Part shown: one piece after another, positions 1 to 8,930 of the stretch
Numbering within the stretch: the first letter of the stretch is position 1
Layout of the letters: every line of letters begins with the position of its first letter
NCBI GenBank assembly: GCA_011620345.1
Contig: WOZJ01000049.1
Span: 1 to 41,025 of the forward strand
Origin: Nitrospirota bacterium
GTDB taxonomy: Bacteria > UBA2233
Direction of reading: 5' to 3'
Length of the DNA stretch: 41,025 nt
The notes under the pieces: model-generated
What the model was told of the DNA's origin: nothing
The model's input: the letters and a program-made list of their open reading frames with translations, nothing else
Database searches by the model: none
Made by a program: the position numbers and the translations under genes

Positions 1-29
1 GGCACCAGAAGGGGTTTTTGCCCGGTATC

Positions 30-773
30 CTAGATAGACTCACCACACAACAGGGCAATAGAGCTGCGAACGTCCTCTAAGAGCTGGTCTTTTTGCTCAA
101 GCGTATACTTGGAGGCATCGATCGGAGGGCCGATATGGATCGAGACACGCTGATCGAGGGAAAAATCCCACGTCTTGGGGGGCAAGACCTTTTCAGACCC
201 CTGAATACCGACCGGGATGATTGTGGCGCCGGATTCGATGGCCGTGATAAACCCGCCCTTTTTAAAGGGCCCGAGACGACCATTGCGCGAACGGGTTCCC
301 TCGGGCGCTATCCAAAGCACAATCCCGCTTTCCATGGTAGCTCTTGCGCGCGCAAGGTCTTTTTTTGCTTGCTCTAGGTTCTTGCGATCGATAGATACGA
401 ACTCTGAAACCCGAAGGGCGGGGCCCCAGATAGGAACTTTGAACAGCTCTTTTTTTGTGAGCATTCTGACGCTATCCGGAAAGGACAGGACGATCAGCGG
501 GATATCGTAGTGGCTTCGGTGGTTGGACATGACAATGTAGCGCTTGTTTGGTTCGATTCGGACGCCGTAGGGGTTGTTGATCGCGTAACGAACCCGGACG
601 GCATTGACCACCTTGGCCGCCCACCACTTGAACAGGTTGTCGCAGTAGCTTCGGAACTCTCTGCCTTTAAGGCCCCTAAGGTAGAAGCCATACAGGGCGC
701 CCAAACAGATCCGGAGCGTGAGATAAACGCTCACGGCCATAATCCATAACTTTTTGAAAAAGCGCGGCTTCAA
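30..773 (-). CDS. plsC: 1-acyl-sn-glycerol-3-phosphate acyltransferase (lysophospholipid acyltransferase family)
   Basis: NHRSHYD (NHxxxxD) and PEGTRS motifs, plus FKKGGF; TTG start with GAGGAGG RBS upstream. Confidence 0.9.
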   Translation of the reverse strand: MKPRFFKKLWIMAVSVYLTLRICLGALYGFYLRGLKGREFRSYCDNLFKWWAAKVVNAVRVRYAINNPYGVRIEPNKRYIVMSNHRSHYDIPLIVLSFPDSVRMLTKKELFKVPIWGPALRVSEFVSIDRKNLEQAKKDLARARATMESGIVLWIAPEGTRSRNGRLGPFKKGGFITAIESGATIIPVGIQGSEKVLPPKTWDFSLDQRVSIHIGPPIDASKYTLEQKDQLLEDVRSSIALLCGESI

Positions 774-969
774 GATCTAAACCTCCTCACCAAAGGATGC
801 AGGAATGGGCCGGTAGACCCGCACGAAACGATTGCTCCTTGAGCCGAACAAAGGCCGAGCTTAACCGGCCATGTTGCCGAGATGCCAACAAAGGACGAAA
901 AGGGCCAGCTACGCCCTTAGGCCATACATTAAGAATGCGGCTGGGCTCGTCTATACCCCAAGAACTCGT

Positions 970-1449
970 TTATTTCTTGCCATAAACCTGCTTGAAGTGA
1001 TCCACAAGCTTTCTTAGGCTACCTGCGTCGTCAAGGTTTGTGCTTTGCCTTGTCTTCATCGCGGCAACGAGGATCTGATGCAGGGTTTCGATTTGCTGCA
1101 GATAGGCCTTTCTCGCTTCCTCGTTCCCGGGGGCTGCGGGCTTGACCCTCTGCGTCAGGAAGTACTCGGCCACGATTTGTTGGATCTTCTTGGCGTGCTC
1201 TTCTTTGTTGGCCACCCAACGGCTCAACTGAGGAACGCCCTCCGGCCCTTGCTTTTGGAGGGCTTGAACCTGCTTCATCGCCATCTCGATCGTCGCTATG
1301 GACTCTTCCATTTCTTGAAAGCGCAGCGGGTCGTTGTAAATTCCACAAGGCAGTTGACAATGGCATAAGGCGCTTGCGGGCAACAACCCCAAGCTTAGGG
1401 AGAAAAAGGCCAGGAACACCGCCAAAATACCGCCTAAACGCCGCGACAT
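970..1449 (-). CDS. sodN: Nickel superoxide dismutase precursor with N-terminal signal peptide
   Basis: Ni-hook motif HCQLPCGIY (HCxxPCGxY) follows a hydrophobic leader; KEEHA and YFLTQRVKP motifs; AAGGAG RBS. Confidence 0.93.
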   Translation of the reverse strand: MSRRLGGILAVFLAFFSLSLGLLPASALCHCQLPCGIYNDPLRFQEMEESIATIEMAMKQVQALQKQGPEGVPQLSRWVANKEEHAKKIQQIVAEYFLTQRVKPAAPGNEEARKAYLQQIETLHQILVAAMKTRQSTNLDDAGSLRKLVDHFKQVYGKK

Positions 1450-1509
1450 TGTCTTTCTCCTTTCGTCGTTCGTCCTTCCTTAGCCTTTGACAAAACCACG
1501 CCCAACCGC

Positions 1510-2757
1510 TTATTCGTAAACTTTTTCTTCTTCGTACTCCGCCCCCTGGGCGTCTTCTTCCACATTGCGGGTTTTTTTGGGGCTAGATAGCAACTCCCTG
1601 AAGTATTCGTGCTGGATCAGCAAGTCCATGATTTCGTTCGTACCCGTCCAGATCGTGATCAGCCGAATATCGCGCAAGAGCCGCTCGATCGGGTAGACGT
1701 TCGTGTAGCCGATTCCGCCCATTACCTGCATCGCCTCGTTTACGACCTTCCAAGCCGCGTCCGTGGCAAACCTTTTGGCCTCGGACACAAACCGCCTTGT
1801 TTGTCCCGTGGGGCCTGTTTTGTCGGCAAGCTCGCCGGCCGTGAAGTTGAGCGCCCTCGCACAATCAAGCAGCGTAACGCTCTTTGCGACCTTGAAGCTC
1901 ACGGCCTGGAAGCGCCGGATCTTTTCACCGAAGGCCTTGCGCTTGTCTGCGTAGGCCGCGGCCACCTCGAGCGCCGCCCTTCCCATCCCAACAGACCCCC
2001 CGGCCGAGGTGAGACGCTCTGGGATCATCATGCGGTTGAACACCTCTGTCCCCCGGCCAAGGCCTTCCACGCCGCCGAGTACGTTCTCGATAGGCACGCG
2101 AACGTCCTTTAGTACGATCCGGCCCGTCCCGCCGCCACGCGTGCCCATCAACCCGTAGAGGTGGCGAACTTCGAGCCCTTGGGCTCGCTCGACCAAAAAC
2201 ACCGTCATCGCACGCTTTGGGTCGTCTATCCCGTCGAGTGTCGCATAGAGCAAGAATACGTCCGCCCCTTCGGACCCGACGACAAACCGCTTCTGGCCCG
2301 TCAAGTAGAAGGCGTCCCCCTTACGAACAGCCCGCGTCGTCGCTCCGAAGAAATCCGAGCCACCGCGGGGTTCGGTCAACGCCTCGGCCGCACCCATTTG
2401 TCCCTTGAGCATCGGCACGAGGTAGCGCTCTTTTTGGGCTTCCGTCCCGAAGTTCACGATCGCCTCGCCAACGATGGAGACAAGCGAGTACAGACACGCA
2501 AGCGATGTTCCAAGTACCCCAACCTCTTCCAGCGCAAGGAGCTCTTCACGCCAGCCAAGGCCTCCTCCCCCGTAGGCTTTGGGAAACCGAAGGCCCAAAA
2601 GCCCACGCTTGCCTGCTTCAAGTAGATAATCTTTGGGATAGCGAACCTCGTCGTTGTCCATTTGGGCCAACAGCTCTTTTGGGACGCCTGCGACAAACTC
2701 CCGCACGCGCTCGACGAGTTCCAAGTCTTTTTGGCCAAGCAACGCTTCAGGAATCAT
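1510..2757 (-). CDS. Acyl-CoA dehydrogenase family protein
   Basis: [29 protein letters not shown] and IWTGTNEI motifs. Confidence 0.92.
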   Translation of the reverse strand: MIPEALLGQKDLELVERVREFVAGVPKELLAQMDNDEVRYPKDYLLEAGKRGLLGLRFPKAYGGGGLGWREELLALEEVGVLGTSLACLYSLVSIVGEAIVNFGTEAQKERYLVPMLKGQMGAAEALTEPRGGSDFFGATTRAVRKGDAFYLTGQKRFVVGSEGADVFLLYATLDGIDDPKRAMTVFLVERAQGLEVRHLYGLMGTRGGGTGRIVLKDVRVPIENVLGGVEGLGRGTEVFNRMMIPERLTSAGGSVGMGRAALEVAAAYADKRKAFGEKIRRFQAVSFKVAKSVTLLDCARALNFTAGELADKTGPTGQTRRFVSEAKRFATDAAWKVVNEAMQVMGGIGYTNVYPIERLLRDIRLITIWTGTNEIMDLLIQHEYFRELLSSPKKTRNVEEDAQGAEYEEEKVYE

Positions 2758-2862
2758 GCCTGCTTCCTTTTTGATTTATTCTATCCTGCAATTTTACCCA
2801 ATTTGACACGCCTGTCCCAACGGGGCGCAATACGGGCCTGGTGCGCCCAAGCGCCTTAAGGG

Positions 2863-4212
2863 TTAAGGGGCCGAATGCCCGGCCTCGAGGGCGTCTTCAC
2901 CGGGCATTCCCGTGAGATGCCTAGGAGTCACCTCCAACGGCTCGAGCAGTTTGATTTCTTCTTTCATGGGAACGCCAAACTCTTGGAACCGCCTTGCCGT
3001 TACAAGAACCCTCGATTCCAGCGACCCGACAGATGCGTTGTACGCATGGATCGCTTTGCCTAACGCCCTGCCAAGGTCGTCCAGGTGCTTTGTGCAGGTC
3101 GCAAGCCTTTCGTATAGCTCGGCGCCCAGTTTTTGGAGCAACAGCGCGTTCTCGTGGAGCCTTTCTTGCCGCCATCCGTAGGCCACGGTGCTCAAAAGCG
3201 CGATCAAGGTCGTCGGCGTCGCGATCAGCACGCGCTTTTGGATGGCCTCCTCGATCAGTCCCGACTCATGCTGGACGGCCGCGCTGAATAACGGCTCACC
3301 CGGCAAGAACATGACGACGAACTCATGGGCTTGGACAAACTGGCTTGCGTAGGCCTTCTTGGCGAGTTTACGCATGTGCTCGGCTACCTGCTTGGCATGG
3401 CGCTTAAGGGCCTCTGTTTGGCTTTCTTCGCCTTTCGCATCGAGCGCTTCGAGGTAGGCGTTCAGCGAAACCTTTGCATCCACGATGATGCTTGCCCCTC
3501 CGGGCAGTGAAACGACCATATCGGGCCTTAACGTGCCGTCCTCGCGCTCCACAGAAACTTGCACGCAAAAATCGCAGTGTTCCGTCATTCCGGCAAGCTC
3601 GACAAGCCTCTTTAGCGTCATCTCCCCCCAGCGGCCTTTGACGGTCGGCGTCCTGAGCGCCTGGACGAGGTTGGCCGTCTCCTTCTTAAGCCCCTCGCTC
3701 GTCTGACCCAAGGCCTGCACCTGGGCGATCAGACCGCCGAACTCCTGCTGTCTTTTGGCCTCGGTCTGCCTTAAGACCTCGTCGTAATTCTTTAAAAGTT
3801 CTTTTATGGGAAGAACCATCCCCTCAAAGGCCTGCTTGTTGGCCCTCATGTCGCCCCTGGCCCCTTCGAGCAACCCCTCGAACGAGGGCTTTGCAAGCTC
3901 GATAAAGCGCCCCAGAGCCTGCTGGGAAAGCGCCTGAAAGGTGTCGGTGAGCCTTTTTTCGGCGTCTTGTAGCAAGCTCCGTTCCTCTTCCAGCCTAACT
4001 CTGGCCTCTTCAAGCCGGGTTTGGAGCTCGACTCGGTTCGAGCGTTCGTTCCCGAGTTCGGCCTGGATCGATTTTAAGTCTTCTTCTTTCTTGACAAGCT
4101 GTTCTTTGAGAAACGCAAGGGCCGGGGACTGCTGGACGCGTACCAGCCACCACGCCATGGTCCCCCCAAGGCAAGCGCCAAGGGCGAACGCTCCAAGAGC
4201 GAGCACTTCCAC
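2863..4212 (-). CDS. rmuC: DNA recombination protein RmuC
   Basis: N-terminal TM segment, coiled coil, GRWGEMTL, RPDMVV..IVDAK and FVVMFLPGE, ATPTTL motifs. Confidence 0.93.
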   Translation of the reverse strand: MEVLALGAFALGACLGGTMAWWLVRVQQSPALAFLKEQLVKKEEDLKSIQAELGNERSNRVELQTRLEEARVRLEEERSLLQDAEKRLTDTFQALSQQALGRFIELAKPSFEGLLEGARGDMRANKQAFEGMVLPIKELLKNYDEVLRQTEAKRQQEFGGLIAQVQALGQTSEGLKKETANLVQALRTPTVKGRWGEMTLKRLVELAGMTEHCDFCVQVSVEREDGTLRPDMVVSLPGGASIIVDAKVSLNAYLEALDAKGEESQTEALKRHAKQVAEHMRKLAKKAYASQFVQAHEFVVMFLPGEPLFSAAVQHESGLIEEAIQKRVLIATPTTLIALLSTVAYGWRQERLHENALLLQKLGAELYERLATCTKHLDDLGRALGKAIHAYNASVGSLESRVLVTARRFQEFGVPMKEEIKLLEPLEVTPRHLTGMPGEDALEAGHSAP

Positions 4213-4215
4213 CCC

Positions 4216-4628
4216 TTAGGCCTGCCTGGCCATGGCCGCTCGAAGCCCTTGTTCGAGGGTTGCGTACGTCGGGATATTTTCAAGGCTCGCCCCGATGTGG
4301 ACGAGACTCTGGGCAAGGTGGGGCTTTATACCGACCAAGATCGTCTGCGTGCCAAGGATCCGGACGGCNNNNNNNNNNNNNNNNNNNNNNNNNNNNNNNN
4401 NNNNNNNNNNNNNNNNNNNNNNNNNNNNNNNNNNNNNNNNNNNNNNNNNNNNNNNNNNNNNNNNNNNNCAAGGTGGGGCTTTATACCGACCAAGATCGTC
4501 TGCGTGCCAAGGATCCGGACGGCCTCGTACACCCTACCAGTTTGGTCCACGACGAGCATCGGCTCGGTTGCGTTTTCGAAAATTTCGCGCCAGTAAAGAT
4601 CGTTGGCCTTGGTATGTTCGCTTGTCAT
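4216..4628 (-). pseudogene. PAS-STAS (RsbR-like) gene remnant: start of a PAS domain fused to the end of a STAS domain; spans the N gap
   Basis: After collapsing the 55-bp duplication the frame reads MTSEHTKANDLYWREIFENATEPMLVVDQTGRVYEA-VRILGTQTILVGIKPHLAQSLVHIGASLENIPTYATLEQGLRAAMARQA*; the second half aligns with the STAS C-terminus of 33239..34282. Confidence 0.65.
4369..4468. other. Assembly gap (100 N) flanked by an exact 55-bp duplication (4314-4368 = 4469-4523)
   Basis: Seen directly in the sequence. Confidence 0.97.
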
Positions 4629-4637
4629 CGTCGTCCC

Positions 4638-5357
4638 TTATTTTCGCAGCACGTAAGACAGGCTCTGAAGCTTTCCCTTCAGACGGTCATCCATCCCCTC
4701 TTTTCCGAATGAAGTCTCGCTCATCACCTCGATTCTTGAAAACCCAGCCTCTTGGGAAAGCTCTACGTAGGTTTCTTTCAGGAGAGCGCCGGCGATGCAT
4801 CCAGCCCAGGCTTCAGGGTCTTTTTGGACGTCTTCGGGCAAGGGAGAAAGCAGCACGACATCCGAAATGCAAGCCCTTCCTTCTGGCTTGAGCACGCGGT
4901 ATATCTCTTTGAACGCGGCAAGCTTGTCCGGAACGAGGTTGAGGACGCAGTTGGAGATCACGACATCGACGCTCGCACTATCCACGGGGAGGTGCTCAAT
5001 CTCGCCAAGACGAAACTCTACGTTGGCTACGCCAAGCTTGGCCTTGTTAGCGTTTGCCTTGGAGATCATCTCCGGGGTCATGTCCACCCCGATCACAAGG
5101 CCATGCTCTCCTACGCGCGCGGCAGCCAGGAAACAATCCAGCCCGCCGCCAGAGCCTAGGTCCAATACGACCTCTCCGGCCTGCAAGCTAGACAGCGCAA
5201 CGGGGTTGCCGCAGCTCACGCCCAGGTTAAGTTCCCGAACGATATCTTCCTGTTCGCCGTAAGGGTTTGGTTTTGACTTGCAGCAGGTTGCTTGCCGTTC
5301 TTTTGCAACGCCTGCATAGAAACTTCTAACCGTCGTTTTAATATCTGCCTGTTCCAC
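4638..5357 (-). CDS. arsM: Arsenite S-adenosylmethionine methyltransferase
   Basis: N-terminal CC, GVSCGNP, DLGSGGG SAM motif, ISNCVLNL and WAGCIAGA, i.e. the conserved ArsM cysteines. Confidence 0.88.
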   Translation of the reverse strand: MEQADIKTTVRSFYAGVAKERQATCCKSKPNPYGEQEDIVRELNLGVSCGNPVALSSLQAGEVVLDLGSGGGLDCFLAAARVGEHGLVIGVDMTPEMISKANANKAKLGVANVEFRLGEIEHLPVDSASVDVVISNCVLNLVPDKLAAFKEIYRVLKPEGRACISDVVLLSPLPEDVQKDPEAWAGCIAGALLKETYVELSQEAGFSRIEVMSETSFGKEGMDDRLKGKLQSLSYVLRK

Positions 5358-5455
5358 GTCTTGTCCCTTTTGCTCATGAATTACCTATACAAAATCCTGC
5401 ATGATACCATTCTAATCTATTAAGAACATGGGGATCAATCAAGACGGCGTGTTGT

Positions 5456-5757
5456 ATGCGGCTTGCCAAAATCGTCGTGGGGGACATCAACCAGCTTACG
5501 GGTGGCTATCTTTACCAAAAAAAGCTTGTGGATTCCCTAAGGAAGACGGGCCAGCACGCCATTGTTCCGCTCGGCATCGACGAGGGCAGGTGCGGATCGT
5601 CTACCCTGGGTTTCACCTGCTTGGAAAGCCAAGAAAAAGAATACGGGGCTTCCAATCTCCCCTCAAGCTCCTCTTTGCAGTATCGGTGGTACCCAATAAA
5701 GGCCTCCATCTCCTGATCGATGAAATGGGCCAGCTCCATACCCAGCTCGTTGTTCTA
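5456..5757 (+). pseudogene. Glycosyltransferase family 4 remnant (internal deletion, frameshift, 3' truncation)
   Basis: MRLAKIVVGDINQLTGGYLYQKKLV (TGGYxY GT4 N-terminal motif), then IVPLGID, then in another frame from 5659 PLKLLFAVSVVPNKGLHLLIDEMGQL (start of the GT-B C-domain). Confidence 0.65.
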
Positions 5758-6138
5758 GACGTTCTCGGTAATCCTGACGAAGGCCTGTGGCGACTCCCAG
5801 AGCGTGACGTCGCTAAGGAAAACGCCTTTTGGGAGGCGGCCCTGAAGGCCGGCTTCGAGTTCTTTCCATAAAAACCCGGCAAGCAATTCGGCAGTCGGGT
5901 TTTGTGCCGTGAAGGGCTCAGTATCGTTTAGATGCCTTGCTTCGATCTTGGAAACGACCGAGCCTAGCGCCAGTTCAATCAAGGTAATGTCCACGAGAAC
6001 CCCGTCTTGATTCAAGCCCCCTCCAGCGAAGACCGCACGAACCCTGTAATGGTGGCCGTGGGTGAGGCTTGCCTTTCCAAAGTCCCCCCTCAGGGCGTGC
6101 GTGGCGTAGAACTGAGCCTCGATGCCGACTTCAATCAT
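5755..6138 (-). CDS. 6-pyruvoyl/6-carboxy-tetrahydropterin synthase family (COG0720, QueD-like) protein
   Basis: FYATHAL, HGHHY, NPTAELLA and LWES motifs; the Cys normally found before HGH is absent. Confidence 0.85.
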   Translation of the reverse strand: MIEVGIEAQFYATHALRGDFGKASLTHGHHYRVRAVFAGGGLNQDGVLVDITLIELALGSVVSKIEARHLNDTEPFTAQNPTAELLAGFLWKELEAGLQGRLPKGVFLSDVTLWESPQAFVRITENV

Positions 6139-7138
6139 AAGCGAACACTACTTGGAGCGCCTCGTAAGGACGCTTCTCCAAGAGCGAAAATGCCTCTTGC
6201 GCCCTGCCAAGCGGGAAGGTGTGCGTGATCAAAGAACCCAGCGCAAGGCGCTCAACCAGCGTAAGGGCAAGCTGGATTCTCCGGGCCTTATCCCACCGTC
6301 TAGAAAGAAAAGGCGGCAGAAAGGAAACCTGAGAGCCTTTGAGAGACAATCGGTTCTTATGAAAGTTTCCGCCCAGGTGTAGGCTTGCCGCTCGCGTTCC
6401 GTACCAGGACAAGACAACAACCCGCCCGTCGAGTCCGGCAAGAGAAAGGGCAGTATTCAGGGTGTTTGGTTTGCCCGAAGCCTCGATCACAATGTCTGCC
6501 CCCTCCTCGCTAAGGGCCTGCCCGAGCGCTGCCAATCCTGCCTCGTCCGGGCCAAACGCGGCATCCGCCCCAAGAAGGCTTGCCGCTTCCCTACGCGCTT
6601 CGATTGGGTCGAGCCCGAACACCTTCTCGGCGCCGGCCAGCTTGGCCAGCCCGACAACCAAAAGGCCGACCACTCCAAGCCCGAGGACTACGAGTGTCTC
6701 GCCGAGGAGAAGGCTTGCATCCCAGAGCCCGTTCAATGCCGTTTCGGCGTTCGCCGCGAACACTCCCAAGCGAGGCTCGAGCCCTTCCGGCAAGGGGTAA
6801 GCCTGGGCTTCTTCCACAAGGAACGCCCCTTGGTGCGGATGATGGGCAAAAACGCGCATGCCGGGCTCTAGGCGCTTCACGCCCGGGCCAACCTCAAGAA
6901 CCTCGCCAACAAGCGCGTATCCGTACTTTATAGGGTAGGAAAACGACCCGGAAACCGTTGGGAGCGTAGGGTAAAACCCTTCGGGAACTTCTCCTTTGTA
7001 TACCAACAGCTCTGTCCCGGCGCTAATACCCGAATACAACGCCTTGACAAGCACTTCTCCCGCCTTGGGCGGGCCGACGCTCTCCGAGCGAAGAGCAAGC
7101 CTTCTTGGGGATTCGACCCAAAGCGCACGTGCTTCCAT
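6131..7138 (-). CDS. MDR superfamily (zinc-binding alcohol dehydrogenase-like) oxidoreductase
   Basis: SGISAGTE, YGYALVGEV, GLGVVG Rossmann motif and IEASG; overlaps the QueD-like gene by 8 nt. Confidence 0.88.
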   Translation of the reverse strand: MEARALWVESPRRLALRSESVGPPKAGEVLVKALYSGISAGTELLVYKGEVPEGFYPTLPTVSGSFSYPIKYGYALVGEVLEVGPGVKRLEPGMRVFAHHPHQGAFLVEEAQAYPLPEGLEPRLGVFAANAETALNGLWDASLLLGETLVVLGLGVVGLLVVGLAKLAGAEKVFGLDPIEARREAASLLGADAAFGPDEAGLAALGQALSEEGADIVIEASGKPNTLNTALSLAGLDGRVVVLSWYGTRAASLHLGGNFHKNRLSLKGSQVSFLPPFLSRRWDKARRIQLALTLVERLALGSLITHTFPLGRAQEAFSLLEKRPYEALQVVFAYD

Positions 7139-7157
7139 GGCAGACGGTACGTTCCGT

Positions 7158-8654
7158 TCAGCTCTCTTCCTTGGGCCAGAGGTTAAACTTCTTTACCCGG
7201 TACTCGAGCTGTCTCCTTGTTATCCCAAGTTCTCTGGCAGCCTTGCTCAGCACCCAGCGGTTCCGGGCAAGGGCGCGATTGATCTCGCCAAAATCCTCAT
7301 CCTTGACCCTTCCTGCGCCCATGAGCACCTGCTTGCGGCTGCCACGTTTCTTTCCCTGGAAAGCCTCCTGGATCTCGACAGGGAGATGCCCCAAATCGAC
7401 CACCTCATCGGCCATGACAAAGGCATACTCTAGGACAGCATGAAGCTGCCGCAAATTGCCTGGCCAAGGGTACCGGGCCACGAAGGCAAGCAATGCCTTG
7501 CTCGGGCGCTTTTTTTGGCCGTACCGCTCCGAGAGGGACTGCACGATGCCCTCCACGAGCCGCCCCGCTTCGCTCTTTCTTTCCCGAAGTGGCAACAGGT
7601 GAAGCTTCGCCGCGTTCAGCCTGTAATACAGCTCCGGGCGGATGCGCCCTTCCTTAAGGTCTTGCTCTAAGTCATGCTCTGCAGTCCCCACGATGCGTAC
7701 ATCGGCATCCAGCACATCTTGCCCGTCTTTCTTGGCGAAACGCTTGTGCTCCAAAAGGTCCACAAGCTTGGCCTGAACACCCAAAGGAAGGGCTCCTACC
7801 CCTTCAAGTACCAGCGTCCCCCCGCAGGCAAGCTCAAGCTTACCGTACCTTAGAGGGTCTCCTTCGGAGCCAAAAAGCTCTTCCTCGACGTCCTCCGGAG
7901 GAAGGTTCTCTACGTCGAGAACAAGAAATGGTTCGTCTTTCCTTTGGCTTAGCTCATGCAGCCTTCTTGCAAGCGTCGTCTTTCCTGTGCCGCTCTCTCC
8001 CACAATCAAGACGGGCAAACCCGAGGAGGCAAGCTTCTGTACGATGCAGGAGTCCGGCAAAAACGGCTCTAGAGTAGCATTGCGATTGCAAAGCATTCCG
8101 CCCAAAGACTTCAGTTGCACCTTGAGCGATTCGAGGCGTAGGTTTTGTTCCGCGAACTTCTCCAAGAGAGTGCCCAGAATCACCACAGCTGCCTTTAGGA
8201 ACTCCAGCGCCCCAAACTCGCCCCCCGGGATGGTCTCAGGGCTAAACGTCGCCACGACAACCCCTAGCTTCACCCTGCTCGCCCCCCGAATCGGCATAAG
8301 CAGGACTCGAATTGGAGCGTCGCCATCTTTGAACATGAGGGGCAAAGATTCTTCAGGCTCGGCAACGACGGCGACTCCCGTTCGGAGGGCGTTAGCCAGT
8401 ATCCCCTCGGAAGAAAGCTCCAACCGAGAGGCAGGCTTGAGGCGTTCCCCATGAAAAAAGGCGCTTGCAAAAGAATGGGAAGAAGAATATGAGAGCCAAA
8501 TGCCTAAGTCCTCAAAGGGCCAGTAAGCCAAAAGGTTTTGTGCCCATTTCGTTGCGAGCCGCTCGGGCAAGTCTGAGGGGTTGACGTCACGCAAGAACTG
8601 GCAAAGCCAGGTAAGGGTTCTGTTGCAATGACCAAGGTATGCTTCGCGTTTCAT
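7158..8654 (-). CDS. NtrC/Fis-family AAA+ transcriptional regulator (GAF-like N-terminus), non-canonical: no GAFTGA
   Basis: Walker A GESGTGKT, EEELFG, ELYYRLN, WPGNLRQL and C-terminal HTH (SKAARELGITRRQLEYR). Confidence 0.88.
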   Translation of the reverse strand: MKREAYLGHCNRTLTWLCQFLRDVNPSDLPERLATKWAQNLLAYWPFEDLGIWLSYSSSHSFASAFFHGERLKPASRLELSSEGILANALRTGVAVVAEPEESLPLMFKDGDAPIRVLLMPIRGASRVKLGVVVATFSPETIPGGEFGALEFLKAAVVILGTLLEKFAEQNLRLESLKVQLKSLGGMLCNRNATLEPFLPDSCIVQKLASSGLPVLIVGESGTGKTTLARRLHELSQRKDEPFLVLDVENLPPEDVEEELFGSEGDPLRYGKLELACGGTLVLEGVGALPLGVQAKLVDLLEHKRFAKKDGQDVLDADVRIVGTAEHDLEQDLKEGRIRPELYYRLNAAKLHLLPLRERKSEAGRLVEGIVQSLSERYGQKKRPSKALLAFVARYPWPGNLRQLHAVLEYAFVMADEVVDLGHLPVEIQEAFQGKKRGSRKQVLMGAGRVKDEDFGEINRALARNRWVLSKAARELGITRRQLEYRVKKFNLWPKEES

Positions 8655-8930
8655 AAAATATATCCCTTGTTTATCTCTTTGCTGATCGTTGAGACATGAT
8701 TTTCGCCTAAAAAAGACGCCCCCTGGCTACCAATGTTTAAGAATACCACTTCCTTACAGCTTACAATAGGATCTTTGCAATTCTTTGCTCGAACACCTTG
8801 GCCAAGCAGCACATGCGGCCTTGGAAGGCCGTAGCGAAAACCTCTTCCCAGGATGTCGGAGTATCGTGTATGCTAATAAATATCTTTGAGTACATCGAAT
8901 GATTCACCTTGATCCTAGCGAGGAGTGGCT

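Noticed and set aside
774-969. Possible sodX or ncRNA between sodN and plsC
   Set aside because: No peptidase-like ORF or convincing structure is present, only a weak match to the repeat tail
4232-4891. ORFs spanning the N gap (4232..4891, 4249..4596, 4260..4712, 4280..4471)
   Set aside because: They are artefacts of translating Ns and the duplicated 55-mer, and most are antisense to the real genes
5428-5871. 147-aa ORF on the + strand
   Set aside because: Only ~5659-5757 resembles a protein (GT4 fragment); the rest is off-frame or antisense to the QueD-like gene
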